From assembly GCF_001194135.2 (NCBI RefSeq), contig NC_068982.1:64991839-65055838 (forward strand): a DNA stretch of 64,000 nucleotides, in the 5' to 3' direction. Under the pieces are notes generated by a model. The model saw nothing but the letters and a program-made list of their open reading frames with translations, searched no databases and was not told where the DNA came from. The position numbers and the translations under genes are program-made. Positions 1 through 12,190 of the stretch are shown piece after piece; position 1 is the first letter of the stretch; each line of letters starts with the position of its first letter. Source of the stretch: Octopus bimaculoides. Taxonomy: Eukaryota.

Positions 1-1039
1 GTAGTTAATCCTTCACCTGATTTAGCTCCACCTATTAGCACTTTAGGTACCTTAAGCAGAGTCCATTTTGTTGCAAGCATTTCAGCCAGACCTCCAGTGT
101 GAGGATACCCTTATTTATAAGTGACATCTGCTCTGTGTATCTATGATTTTTAACTTAAAACAGAAGTATTTCCAACATTTGTATAGTTTATTTGATAAAC
201 ATCTTTTGTGACCTATAGTGATTTTACCTCAAATCGTTTTTATTTTTTATGTGCATGCCTGAGGTAAATAATTTGTTGGGAATGTTATTTTGATCTTTCA
301 TAATTTGTGACAGTTTATCAAGTTAGTGGCAATAATGTATTAACAACCAATAACAACAATTTCTAGTTAATAGTAACTATTTAATGGCAGTTAGCAACAA
401 CATATTAACAGCCAATAGCAATATGTATATATTTTTAAGTCAATAGCAACAATTTATTAAACAGCTAATTGCAACAAAATATCACCAGGCAAGAGTAATG
501 ATATATTAACAGTCAATAGCAACAAGATTGCATTGGGAAAAATGAACAGCAATGTATATAAGGCTTTGCTGTGATGGATTGACATCAGCTGATAAGCTTC
601 TCAACAAACGAGTAATCAGTGCATAGGGTATCAGAAAAACCTATCACTCGATTGTTAGACTTGTGACAGGCATGCAACATCTTGTAAATGTGAGATAGCA
701 TATGAGAGAGAGAGAGAGAGATTATATACATGGTTTACTAAAAACATCATCTACTTATCTTATGTTGAACACGAGTGGAGTTTTGTAATTTTTGCATGTG
801 AAGGTTGTTGCTGATGTGATTATTGTTGTTAATTTGTCTGCTGATGTTGTCTGTATTCAATCCAAAATATTTCCAAGAATTCTTTCTGCTCTTTTATCTC
901 AGGATTTATTCAAAAAAAAAAAAAAAACTATTGTATTAACCACCTGTAATATACAGGTTTCTATGTTCTACCTTAAGTGCTTTCTGAATAATTGGATTTT
1001 AATATTATTATATTATAATTACCATTATTATTATTATTA

Positions 1040-1320
1040 TTACATCTGACTTGAGCATGAAGCCAACAATTTTAAGGGAAATACAATGCCAGTACTTGAC
1101 TAGTACTTTATTTTATCAACTCTCAAAAGGATGAAAGGCAAAGTTGACCTTAGTGGGATTTTCCAATTGCTTTTTACATTCTGAGCTGAAACCCCATTGA
1201 GGTCAACTTTGCCTTTCATCTTTTTAGGGTTGGTAAAATAAAATAGTCTTTAAATACTGGGGTCAATATTATCAACTAGTTTACCACTTTTAAAATTGCT
1301 GGCCTTGTGCCAAAATGATT
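1040..1320. mobile_element. Two opposed fragments of a common SINE tail (GAGGTCAACTTTGCCTTTCATC...GGCCTTGTGCCAAAA family)
   Basis: The same motif recurs at about 5960-6160, 11860-12010, 16600-16770, 27840-28190, 32920-33140, 40550-40940, 45660-45860 and 63170-63360. Confidence 0.75.
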
Positions 1321-1964
1321 ATTATTATTATTATTATTGGTGTTGTTAAATTTGTTGTTTGTTCTTTCACTTAACTACACACATTTTACAAGTGCATTAT
1401 TTTTTGAACTTTTGATTTGAGTAAAATAAGCATAACAGAATAACTTTTGTTTGAAGCTGATTTTACATAACCTGCACAAGCATGTATGATTTCATGCAGG
1501 GTTAACCAAGATAACTTCCATCTCATTCTTTACCCTATAACAGATGACGGTGAATAGATTTCAACTTCATTAAGGACTCAAGTCACTTTAAGTCACTAAA
1601 AAGCATGTGATAGGATTGACTTGTCATAAGTCTCTCAAATGAAATTGCAGGCCAGTTATTAGGCACTGGATTGTTTCTTTGAGCATGACATCTACACAGA
1701 ATGAGTAGGTCGACTGAAGTATCATCATCATCATTTTAATGTCAACTTTTCCATGCTTGCATGGGTTGGACAGATTTTGTTGAGGCAGCTGTTCTATAAC
1801 TGGATGCCCACCCTATCACCAACTTGCTTTCAAGTAAGGAATATTTCCACATGGCCAGATGTGTTTTTTGCAGAATATTGGGAATGAATGCCATTCATTT
1901 ACAATAATCATGCAATGTCAACAGAAACACACACATACATACACACCCACATTATATATACATA

Positions 1965-2580
1965 CAAGGTGCAATGGGTAAATTGTCGCCATTTTATATT
2001 TTCAATTTTGTGCATGTGCATTGTTTGTTTTTGATTTTGTTGACTACACAGTATGGTAGGGTCAGTTGGGCACTGTCTGTGAGAGAAACAGCACCATGAT
2101 GCAATTCATTCTTCCAGAAATTAGGAAATGACATTGTACTGCTTGGCATTCATGTCGGAAGCTCCAATATGAACAGATGGTGAACACAGAACAACCGTTG
2201 GCTTTCCATGTCCCCAAAACATATACCAAGAGTGATAAAAATCAAACATCCAGTCAACATCATGGTGTTTGGAGTGATGGTGATGTTATGCTTCCATTCA
2301 TTTTCCTACACAGCCTCAGACTCAACACAGTGGCCTACATCAAGTACCTGGAGGAGGTAGTGCTGCCCTGGGTTAAGAGAGAGACTGTGGAAGATAATAT
2401 GTCTGGCAACAGGACTCTGCACCATGCCACACAAGCAGGAGAACCTAGTCATGGCTGTCAGACAATTTCTGCAACCACATCACCCCTAACTCCCCAGACT
2501 GCAACCCCCTTGGTTATTATGTGTGGGGTGCAGTTGAGCGAGAGAGCAACAAAACTCCTTGTACCACCAAAGATGAACTG
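1965..2580 (+). mobile_element. Decayed Tc1/mariner-superfamily transposon, maT (DD37D)-like, 3'-truncated
   Basis: TA at 1963-1964 is followed by a TIR-like CAAGGTGCAATGGGTAAATTGTCGCC. Frameshifted translation gives KHPVNIMVFGV..DGDVMLPFIF..LRLNT.AYIKYLEEVVLPWVKR, WQQDSAPCHTSRRT and PNSPDCNPLGYYVWGAVERESNKTPCTTKDEL. Confidence 0.85.
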
Positions 2581-3204
2581 TCGTACCATTCCTGCATTTT
2601 TATTCTTTCTCTTCTTTTCCTATTTCTTCTTCTTCGCTGCCTCCTTTCTCAGCTACTACTGCTGCTTAAACAATCAAAACCAAGAACTCATATCAAATAT
2701 TAGGACTGCTACTATCTGCTACCAAGACCTTACAGGAGTAAAAAAAGAGTCAGAGATAGACGGAAAAAATGGAAAATGTCCCTTACATTTAAAAACTATG
2801 GAAATATTTAAAAAAAAACATTTCATTTAATTATTTTTCATTCTTTACTCTAAGTTGCAAAGACTGAAACTGGTACTAAAATGTTCTTCGTGATAAAATT
2901 ATTTTAGCATTTTCTACCTTGTCTTATTTTCCTTATATATATATATATATATAATAGACTTCTTTCAGTTTCCTTCTGCCAAATCCACTAACAAGGCTTT
3001 GGTCAGCTGGAACTATAGTGGATGGCATTTGTCCACAGTGCCATCTAGGAGTGAACCTGAAACCATATGGTTGAGCAGGAAACTTCTTGACCTCAGAGTT
3101 TTATATTTACTCTTTTTACTATGTAAGAATCATATAACTATAATCAGGAGATCCGTCTTCTGCCTTAAACCTGTTCTGGTGAGTGTTTGAATGTCTTAGT
3201 TCAT

Positions 3205-3500
3205 TAATGTGTATATTTCTGGGTTGTTTTGTCTATTGAAATATGGGCAAATCTCAGAGTTCTGGTTATTGACATATCTGTTCTCTCAGTGTTCTGGATA
3301 TTAACATTATTTGTATCTTTTGGTGTTCTGGTTGCTGATGTATGTAAGTATATATATCTAGATGTGTGTTAATAGGCATTTTGATTATTAATGTATATCT
3401 CTGGGTTTTAATGCATGTTTGAGTGTGCATCTATGAGTGTTTTGGCCATTGATGTGTGTATATCTCTGGGTTATCTGGTTATAAATTCCTGTATATATAT
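3205..3500. repeat. Degenerate ~32-bp minisatellite (TATCTCTGG.TGT.CTGG.TATTGA-like)
   Basis: The unit recurs imperfectly; a related array lies at 4560-4815. Confidence 0.5.
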
Positions 3501-3510
3501 CTTTGACAGT

Positions 3511-3990
3511 GGAGCTGTATGGCCTAGTGGTTAGGGGTGTTTAGTTCATGAACATAAGGATGTGGGTTTAATTCCAAGACAGGAATTTCTAGGAACACGT
3601 TTCCAACCACATGGTTTCTAGTTTGGTCTGTATAGTACCTTGGGTAAGTATCTTCTACTGTAGCCCTTAGGTCAACCAAACCCTTGTAGGTGGATTTGGC
3701 AAATGGAGACTTTAAGGATCCTATTTTGTGTATGTATGTATGTACGTATGCATGAGTGTATATCTGTGTCTCCTTGTTTTGAGATTGCATGATTGTTGTA
3801 AATGAATGTCTTTCATTTCCAATATTCTATGAGAACATGTCTGGCCATGGGAAAATATTGCCTTAATTGGAAATAGGTAATTGTTGGCAACGAGAAGGGC
3901 ATCCGGCTGTAAAAAGAAAAAAATCTATCTCAGTAAACTCTGACACACGCAAGCATGGAAAAGTGAACAATAAAATGATGATGATGATGT
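3511..3990 (+). mobile_element. tRNA-headed SINE with RTE-like 3' tail ending in (ATG)n
   Basis: A-box-like TGGCCTAGTGG head, shared body AGTATCTTCTACTGTAGCC...GTGGATTTGG, and tail AGCATGGAAAAGTG..ATGATGATG. Confidence 0.8.
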
Positions 3991-4559
3991 ACTGTGTCTT
4001 TGAGCAAGGCACTTCATTTCCTGTTGCCCCAGTTTACACAGCTGCAACTAATACTAGCTAGTACATCCCTCTCTTTCTGCAGCTTTGACATCATGGATGT
4101 TCTGCTGAGTTAAGGATGTAAGAACTGAGAGGGTGTCTGCTCGAGAATATGTATTCAGCTAAAACAGTTTATGAAAGCGTGGTATATGTTGCTAAGTCCT
4201 ACTCACTCATAAGTGACAGCTGACTATACTGTTCTATTCTTGGGAGTTCTAGCTCATGTTAGAGAAAGGAGTTCTCGTGTATCAGTGTTTTGACTGTTGC
4301 TGCTGATGTTGATCATCACTAGATGTTCTGGCTATTGTAAGTTCTAGTTGCTTTGTTGATGATTATACTCTGGTTAACAAGAATTATAATCAAAGACATT
4401 CCCATCCCCCTTTTTATTCAGCCATTATGTATCAAGGACAATATTCAATGTTTCCTTTTTTTAAGATGATAGTGGGAGTTGTTAGAGATTTGCTGTTATT
4501 TCTAGTTTGAGGTACTTCCTAGAAGCTTCTTTTATTGGCTTTTAAATCTCTTGCTTACT

Positions 4560-4815
4560 GACTTGTGTATCTATAGCTTTTCCAGCTGTTGCTGCATCTA
4601 TCTCTAGATGTCTCAGTTATTGACCTCTGCATCACTGAATATCCTACCTATTCACCCCTCTCTCTCTAGATGCTCTGCCCATTGACTTCTATATCACTGG
4701 ATGTCCCAGCTAGTGACCCTTGTATTTCTGGATGTTTTGCCTATTGACTCGTGTATCACTGGATGTTATCACTATCAACCCCTCTATCTCTAGATGTCTT
4801 GGCTATTTACTTCTT
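4560..4815. repeat. Degenerate ~31-bp minisatellite (TATCACTGGATGT..GC.TATTGAC-like)
   Basis: About 7 imperfect units are visible. Confidence 0.55.
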
Positions 4816-6873
4816 GATGTGCTGTCGTTTAACATTGGTGTAAGGGGTTAGTCATTAAATGTAGGGATCGTTGTACAACGATCTAGTGTTTTTTTTTTCT
4901 TTTTTATTACAAAGTATTTCTTCCTGTGTTAGATTGATACAGAACACTTTCCAGTATCAACTGACCATACTACCTAGCTCCTAAATTTGATGCAACACCC
5001 CATCTGTCTTCAAAGCAAATATTTACCAATATCTCAAGACGAGCAGTATTTTTATTGACCCTGATATTTTGTATCTTGTTTTTCCAAATTTTTTTCTACT
5101 TTTCAATATCTTTTTTATTTGATTTAAATATTTATATTTACTGTTATTATTCCATTAATTTTGTTGCATTCCTTATTTTTTGGCTGTTTTTTTTATTTTT
5201 GTTTTCTTTTTCTTTTAATCCCTTAATTAATAAAGCATTATTTTCTCTACAATTTTTAACCAATGCTTCATTTAATTTTTTACAAGTTTCCATAACTATT
5301 ATTAATTAAAATTTTTTAGTTCAACTCTCAAATTTAAATTTACTTTCATCCTTCCAAAGTCAATATAAAAAGTACCAATAAAGTTCTGATGTTGGTTTGA
5401 TTTACTATACATGACGCCCCCCCCTCCACATATTTGTAGCTTAAGGTCAATCCTTCCAGGATTGGTAAAGTACTGGGCTGATATAATGCTTAGAATCATT
5501 AGCATGCCAGACAAAATGCTTAGTGGCATTTCTTTCAGCTTTACATCCTTAATGTAAGTTCCACCAAGGTCTTCTTCATCCTTTCTTGGTCAATTAGATA
5601 ACAGTTGAACACTGGGGGTAAATATAATCAAATATCCCAAGCCTTGTGTCTATAGTAAAAAATTTATTATTATTGGTGGCTTTTCTCAGTGCAGCCAGTT
5701 TTGGCATATTTTCAAGGACTTTGCAGTGTATCATAGCATCAGCTCAGTGGAAAGTATGGCCTAAGTGATGGAGTATACTCTTAGCATGTACTTGTAAGCC
5801 AGAGAATAATGGCTGGGGAAGGACATTTACTTTTGGTAGTAGTAATAATAATAATAATAACACTGGATCTTTAGGAGTCTTAGATAAACCTTATATCTCC
5901 ACATCCATCACTCTTGAGACAATAGACATTAATATCTTTAAGGTGACAAGCTGGTAGAATAATGTGCTGGAAGAAATGCTTTGCAATATTTTTTCTGACT
6001 GATTTCATTCTGAGTTCAAATCCTGCCAAGGTTGACTTTGTCTTTCATTCTTTCAGGATCAATAAAATAAGTGATCAGTTAAGTACTGGGGTTTGATGTA
6101 ATTAACTAACCCCATCATCCTAAGATTGCTGGCCTTTTGCCAACAGTTGAAAGAATTATTAATTTTATTGTCTTCTGTAAACTACTTCTGAAACATTAAT
6201 ACAAATTTTTGACTGAGTTCCCTCTTTCACTTGAGGTTTGACTTTGTGATTTATAGAATTGGCTATTGTAATGTGGTTCTTGCAACAGTGTCTTATGTAA
6301 GCCAGCTGTGTCTGTTACGATGCCAGCATAGGGAATTTGTCATCTAAGGTTCACCCCAAAGAAGGTTTTACAAAATTGGTCAATCATTCCTTATATATTT
6401 ATCAAATATACACATTGTCTTTAAAACTACCACTTGTTCTTTGGTAGGATATTTTTTTTTTTAATTTCCTCTTTTTATCATTTTGGTTAGATTGTGTCAA
6501 CTAAAAAGTAACGGTTTTAATTAATCTGTGTTTGGGTTAGATTAAATACTAAATCTAAAGATTAAAGTAGAGCAACATAACTTTTCATCTGAATGGTTTT
6601 AATTTCAATACATAACTAGATAACACATATAGACAATAGAGCTAAATTCTTGCATTAATAATGTCTAAAAAAGAAAAAAAATGTTAATGTAATTTAAAAT
6701 CCAGAATCATGCAAATAAAAACAAGAGATTCAATGATTAAAGTCACATGTTTCTCTTCCATTCACTCTACCAACAGATCTGATATTCCATCACATGTCAT
6801 CTGAACAAATCTGAAAGCATTGGTGCCACAATAGAGTCAGGAATGTTAACGCACCTGATGACTACCACTACTG

Positions 6874-7120
6874 TGAAGGCACATGATCTAGTGGTTAGGT
6901 TGTTGTACTCATGATTGCAAGATTGTGGTTTTGATTCCTGGACCAGGCAGTGCATTGTGTTCTTGAGCAAAACACTTCATTTCACATTGCTTCAGTCTAC
7001 TCAACTGTAAATAAGAACCCTGTGATGGACTGGCATCCCATTTAGGGGGAATGTTGGTTTTCTTGGTCACTTATATGCTATGAAAACAGGGTAACCACCC
7101 CTATAAGTCCTAGAACTTAC
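6874..7120 (+). mobile_element. tRNA-headed SINE with CORE-like body
   Basis: Head ATGATCTAGTGGTTAGG...GGTTTTGATTCC, then TTCTTGAGCAAAACACTTCATTTCACATTGCTTCAGTCTACTCAACTGTAAAT. Confidence 0.65.
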
Positions 7121-7745
7121 TTTAGTACTCCCACTGCAACTTTAGTACAAAGTTGTTTGCTATCATAACCACCATCATTATGATCAACCAGTGATTCAAT
7201 GTTGATACTCACTTTTCTTTTCTTGTTTGTGTAGTTTTGTCTGGGAGAAACAAGCAGTGTTTGTGGCCTTTACAGACCATGAGATCAACACAGTTGATGT
7301 TGCTCTTAAACAACTATAAATTGACAGCTATAAGAAAAACAAATAACAGGAAGGGAGGGAGGAAATTTCAGAGAGTTGACATTTGTGGGAGCAAGGATTG
7401 GGTATAGTAGTGTAGGGCTGGATAGGATGAAGAGACAATATAGGTGAAGAGAAGAGAGAAGACAAGTGATTGGTGAGGGGCTGAGTAGAAGTGAAATGTG
7501 ACCAGCCAGCTTTGAGGAGCAGAGGTTACTGTCATAGCATTAGAAGAGGTAGTATAAGGAGATGGCACATCTATGGACCAGAGGTTGGCATTTGTTGATG
7601 AGCTTGAGGTTTGACTTTGTGATTTATAGAATTGGCTATTGTAACCTGGTTCTTGCAACAGTGTCTTATGTAAGCCAGCTGTATCTGTTATGATGCCAGC
7701 ATAGGGAATTTGTCATCTGAGGTTCACCCCAAAGAAGGTTTTTAA

Positions 7746-7939
7746 CCCTTAGCATTTAAAATGGTGATATCTCACCCAAGTATGTTCAGACTAGCCAGAT
7801 TTGGCCTCTTAGACCTTATCTACAATGTCATTCTAGAAATATACAATCACATCATTGAAATCTCAAAACTATGATATAATGCATGATTAATTGAAAACAA
7901 TTGAAAAACATCCGACAGAGTTAACTGGGCGCTAAAGGG
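7746..7939. mobile_element. piggyBac-type MITE
   Basis: TTAA at 7742-7745 and 7940-7943; termini CCCTTAGC...GCTAAAGGG; a related copy lies at 47265-47450. Confidence 0.85.
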
Positions 7940-8069
7940 TTAAGAAGATTAAAATGGAAACAACCATTAAGCAAGTAAATAAAATATTATTATAAGTTTA
8001 CAAGTTATAAATTTATATATTACTATTGTATATATGAAATATATTGATATTGTTTTTTACTTATTTCAG

Positions 8070-8162
8070 GATGTGGAAGCATTTGAAGATGAAAATGAAA
8101 CTTTGCAAGTTGAAAATCGGGCCCTGATAAATGCATTTTCGCAATTGAGTACCACAGTGTAA
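8070..8162 (+). CDS. Terminal coding exon DVEAFEDENETLQVENRALINAFSQLSTTV*, a C-terminal leucine zipper resembling the PRKG1-interacting tail of MYPT1/PPP1R12-type proteins; upstream exons not identified
   Basis: Acceptor ttttttacttatttcag ends at 8069, followed by 30 open codons and TAA at 8160-8162. Ten of 20 positions match the recalled MYPT1 C-terminus ([20 protein letters not shown]). A long TE-poor AT-rich tract follows. Confidence 0.7.
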   Translation, partial: DVEAFEDENETLQVENRALINAFSQLSTTV

Positions 8163-9084
8163 ATAATGTTGAATTGTGTATATGTTCTGAGTGTATGTAG
8201 GTGAGAGAGGGTGAGATAGAAATGATTAGCTTTTGCTCCTTGCTCTGCCTTTTTCCAACTTTACCGCCCTTCCCACAATCTTAACAGTAGAAACAATTAT
8301 TTTGGTTAATGTGCTCTACCTATCTATCTACCTACCTACTTATCTATCTCTCTACAAAGCTCTGTGATAGATATATCACAGCTACTTTTTAGTGCAACAT
8401 ATCTACTATTCATCATGTTCTTGGGATAAAAAACAGAAAAAAAAACACCCCAGAAAAATAAACAAAACAAAAACAACAAAAACAATTTCTATTTTGTTTT
8501 TGGTTCTTTACACTTTCCATCTTCTCAACCACCTCCACAAAAAAATGAACAAAAAAATACAGCATAACAAACAAAAAAGGGTAAAACCCCCCAAAACAGC
8601 AAAACAGCATCCAAATAATAATTATAATATTTTTCGTATGTTTTGTTGATTTTTTTGTCTCTATAAATATTAAATATGAATGTACGTCTGTTACATTCTT
8701 TTAAATCAAGTTTTAATTTACTAGAAAAAGAAGAAAAAAAACCTTTCGATGAAAGAAAAACTGTATAACACCAATGTCTGTGCTCTTGTATTATTTTCTG
8801 TATTTGAAAGTTAACCAGTTATAAGAACTGAATATTATTGGGTTTCAGAAAATTTTGGAAAATATCTTAAGATGGCTTGAGCATTTAAATGTTTCCTTTT
8901 TTCAACTCTAAGATTTATCAGTTGGAATATATTAGTTGCATTCACAAACACAACAACCATACATACCTACTCCATGTGTGTGTTCCCTATCACATTCATT
9001 CGTGCACTATACAATTTAGGCAGTTATTTACACACAATCATGACTATAGAGATTCTCATTCGTCCTTTTTAAAAAAAAATTTGG

Positions 9085-9133
<49 letters not shown>

Positions 9134-10250
9134 CATATATATATAATAAGCTTATTGTATACAGTGTTCTGGTGCACTACAACTCATTGGAATACAATAA
9201 AAGTGGGGACAAAAAGCCACAATAAGTCAAGTAAAAAAGACAGCAATAATAGCCAAAACTGCATGCATATTATACAGAATAAAGCACAAAAAGACAGTGA
9301 AATGAACAGTAAGAAAATCATGAAGAGGAAAGGTGCATAGACACATCAGTAGTGTTGACAAATTTCAGATAAACATGGAATTTTTGAAGGATACAGTGTC
9401 CTCACAGCAATAACTGCCGTAGATAATTTATGTGAATTTTCAAAGAAAAAGAAAATATTTCAGTGCAGAAGAAAATCTGTTAGATGAATACCTTTCTAAG
9501 AATCTCAGAATAAGGACACTACAAAATTTTTAACACACCAGTAAGCGCACACACACACATGTACACACAATTATTTATTTAGTAAAATTTACAATAATTC
9601 ATGTCATGAAATTAATGAAATCCTGATGGCAATAAATAGTCAGTAATTTGAAAAGAAAGCCAGAAAGAGAAGCTTCATTTAAAATCTGAGTGATTCATAG
9701 CAGAGCTAACACTTCCATTGTAATAGAGATGCAGTCAGTTCCATTTATATATTTATTCTATACCTATCTGACTTGCTGGAATTTATAACTACAGCCTATG
9801 AAGTTTATTTTTAAGATAGCATTTGAGAAATTTGAATAAAAAAAAAAATCATACAGAGACCTTGTGAAAAGTTGATCTGAATGCATTTTATTTTTCCAAT
9901 TCTCTTTTTAAAAGGGAAATAAGAGAGTTTAGATACTAAAGGAAACAAAAATTATAATTTATATATTTTTTTAATGGAGGTTTATTTTCTAAATAAGTAT
10001 ACATACTTATATAGAAAAGAAACCTTTATGAATTGTGATTTATTTTCCTTTAGTGCCTGATTGTTTATTTCTTCTTTATACTTAAAAAAGAAAATTGGAA
10101 TATGAAACACCAGTATTTTACTATCATTTTAATTGTTATAATTTTCTTCAAAGAAAATTTTTTTTCTTTTCTAATTGGCCAATATCTCTTGCCCATAAAA
10201 TCATTTTTTTTTGTTGTTAGTCAATATACTGTGATCAATTAAGGTGATTT
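8163..10250 (+). other. Probable long 3' UTR of the gene ending at 8162 (3' end not defined)
   Basis: SINE-poor, U/A-rich unique sequence after the stop codon, with AATAAA hexamers (e.g. about 9278 and about 9835). Confidence 0.4.
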
Positions 10251-12022
10251 GGATTTGTGTTGTAAAATCTCTTCAATGAAAGGAATAAGCTATGCTTCAT
10301 GAAACTGAAAACTTACTTTAATCCAAGATGTTAAAGATGTTTCTAGTTAGTCAACTCAACCTGCTCAATGTAACAACCAAATCTCTATTGAAATGCTTGC
10401 AATCGTTGTTAAAATCAGAACAATATGTCTTAAAGCATCCTATATTTGGCTGTATTCAATGAAATTTGATTTCTGTATAGATAAAACTGTCTTTCTGAAG
10501 CATCATCTTTATTGTTAGTTGGTGTCATATGATGTATAATTGTTATCCCTTTAGTTATTTAACAATTCTTCTTATATAATGCAATATAGTTTGGTAAATT
10601 CTGTTGCAAATATTGTAGGGTAAAGGAAGAACAAAACAAAACTCTTAAATATCAGATTTCTGATGAATTCATCAGTCAGCTTGATTGCCATTGCAATATT
10701 ATATCAAATACACACACACAAAAAAAAAGTTGTTGATGCTTATCCCCAGCTCAGCAATGACCAAGCAGACTTTATGATCAAAGGCATTCTAGCTCTGACC
10801 ATCCCACCTTTTTCTCAAATACAGTGTATCATGATTACATTAACCATATCCCACCTTGATTTAAAGATGGCAAGGCATCATTTGAGTGAGATATGGCTGC
10901 TATTTGTAGCAGGTCAACCAACCATGTAGAAGCTCCCTCTTTCACCTTGATGAATTCCTCTTTATTGAGGACAGTGAAACAATAAAATAGATTAATTACT
11001 AACAGATCTACTTGGCTCTGAGGTCAGATTGTCTTTTACTTTTTATCTAAGTCCCTGCAATATATCGAGTTTGAGTCAGTTAATTACACTATTCCCTCTC
11101 TGCTTATGGAAATTGCCCTTGTGCCTAGTCAAAAATAAATTCCATTTTAATAGTTTAGTCAAAACCCCATCACACACTAACTTACAAAATAATAGAAGAG
11201 GGGTTTCATGTGATCATATCCTTGCTAATATCTTGCCAACTTGTCTTCATCACTTTCGATTGTATATGATTGGGGGGGGGGGGGCTTAGTCTGTGACTGC
11301 TTGTGAACAACAAGGGAGGTAACTAGACTATTTTCAGTGTTATTTGCTACATTCTTACTGTTTTCAACTGAAGTCCTGCTGGTTTGAAAATAAGTATCAC
11401 TAGTATATTGGGTTTGAGCCAATCGATTACATCCATTCCCTTACAAAATCTTTTGCCTTGTACCTAGTTTGAAGAATTCAATAATGTTAATAACAGGGAT
11501 TTAGCCAGTAAAATATCCTTTCAGGGTCAACAGAGTCTTATTCTTTTATAGTGCCTTTACTTTTACTCTTTTATCATCTGTCATTTCTTTGGAGTTTATA
11601 AGTGACATTTAAAAAAATATAATAATCTACATTTCTCTAGTTTACAATTGTCTTTATCTAGCAGGTGACAGCTCTTTCATTGAAGGGTATGAATTATTTG
11701 TAGGATTACAACTGGCTAAAATGACAGGGTGTTGTTATTCGGAGTCATAACTGTCAGATTTAAAAGAATGTTGGTATTTAGAAGGTCATAGACATCAGAA
11801 ATGAAAATATTGAGAAGAACACTGTTGTATAAGGTTTTGAAATATTTTTTTCCAGCTCTTTATGTTCTGAGTTCAAATTTTGCCAAGATTAACTTCGCCT
11901 TTCATCTCTCCAGGTTTGATAAGATAACCTACCAATCAAGTACTGGGGTTGATATGTTGACTAATCCCAGCCCCTCAAAATTGCTGATCTTGTGTCTAAA
12001 TCAGAAGGTCATTGCTGTTTGA

Positions 12023-12190
12023 TATGAAAGAGTGTCAGTATTGTGAAGATCACAAATGTCTGAGATGAAAGAGTGTTTGTTGTTATTGAGAGAGTCACAG
12101 ATGACTGAGATAAAAGGGTGCTGTTATTCAGAGGATCACGGCTATATAGGATGAAAGAATGTTATTATTGAGAGCATTACAACTAGCTGA
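12023..12190. repeat. Degenerate ~42-bp tandem repeat, about 4 units
   Basis: Units begin ATGAAAGAGTG/ATAAAAGGGTG/ATGAAAGAATG and contain GTTATTGAGAG-like cores. Confidence 0.55.

Noticed and set aside
2653-2737. Penultimate exon of the gene ending at 8162
   Set aside because: The frame is open and the phase is compatible, but the acceptor tract is a low-complexity TC run and the donor (GGA|gtaaaa) is weak.
2177-2830. Longest clean ORF (217 aa) as a host gene
   Set aside because: It reads in and out of frame across a frameshifted maT-like transposase and then runs into low-complexity sequence.
10660-10675. 16-bp palindrome CTGATGAATTCATCAG as a ribozyme core or operator
   Set aside because: No stems I or II can form in hammerhead geometry, and a single short palindrome is plausible by chance.
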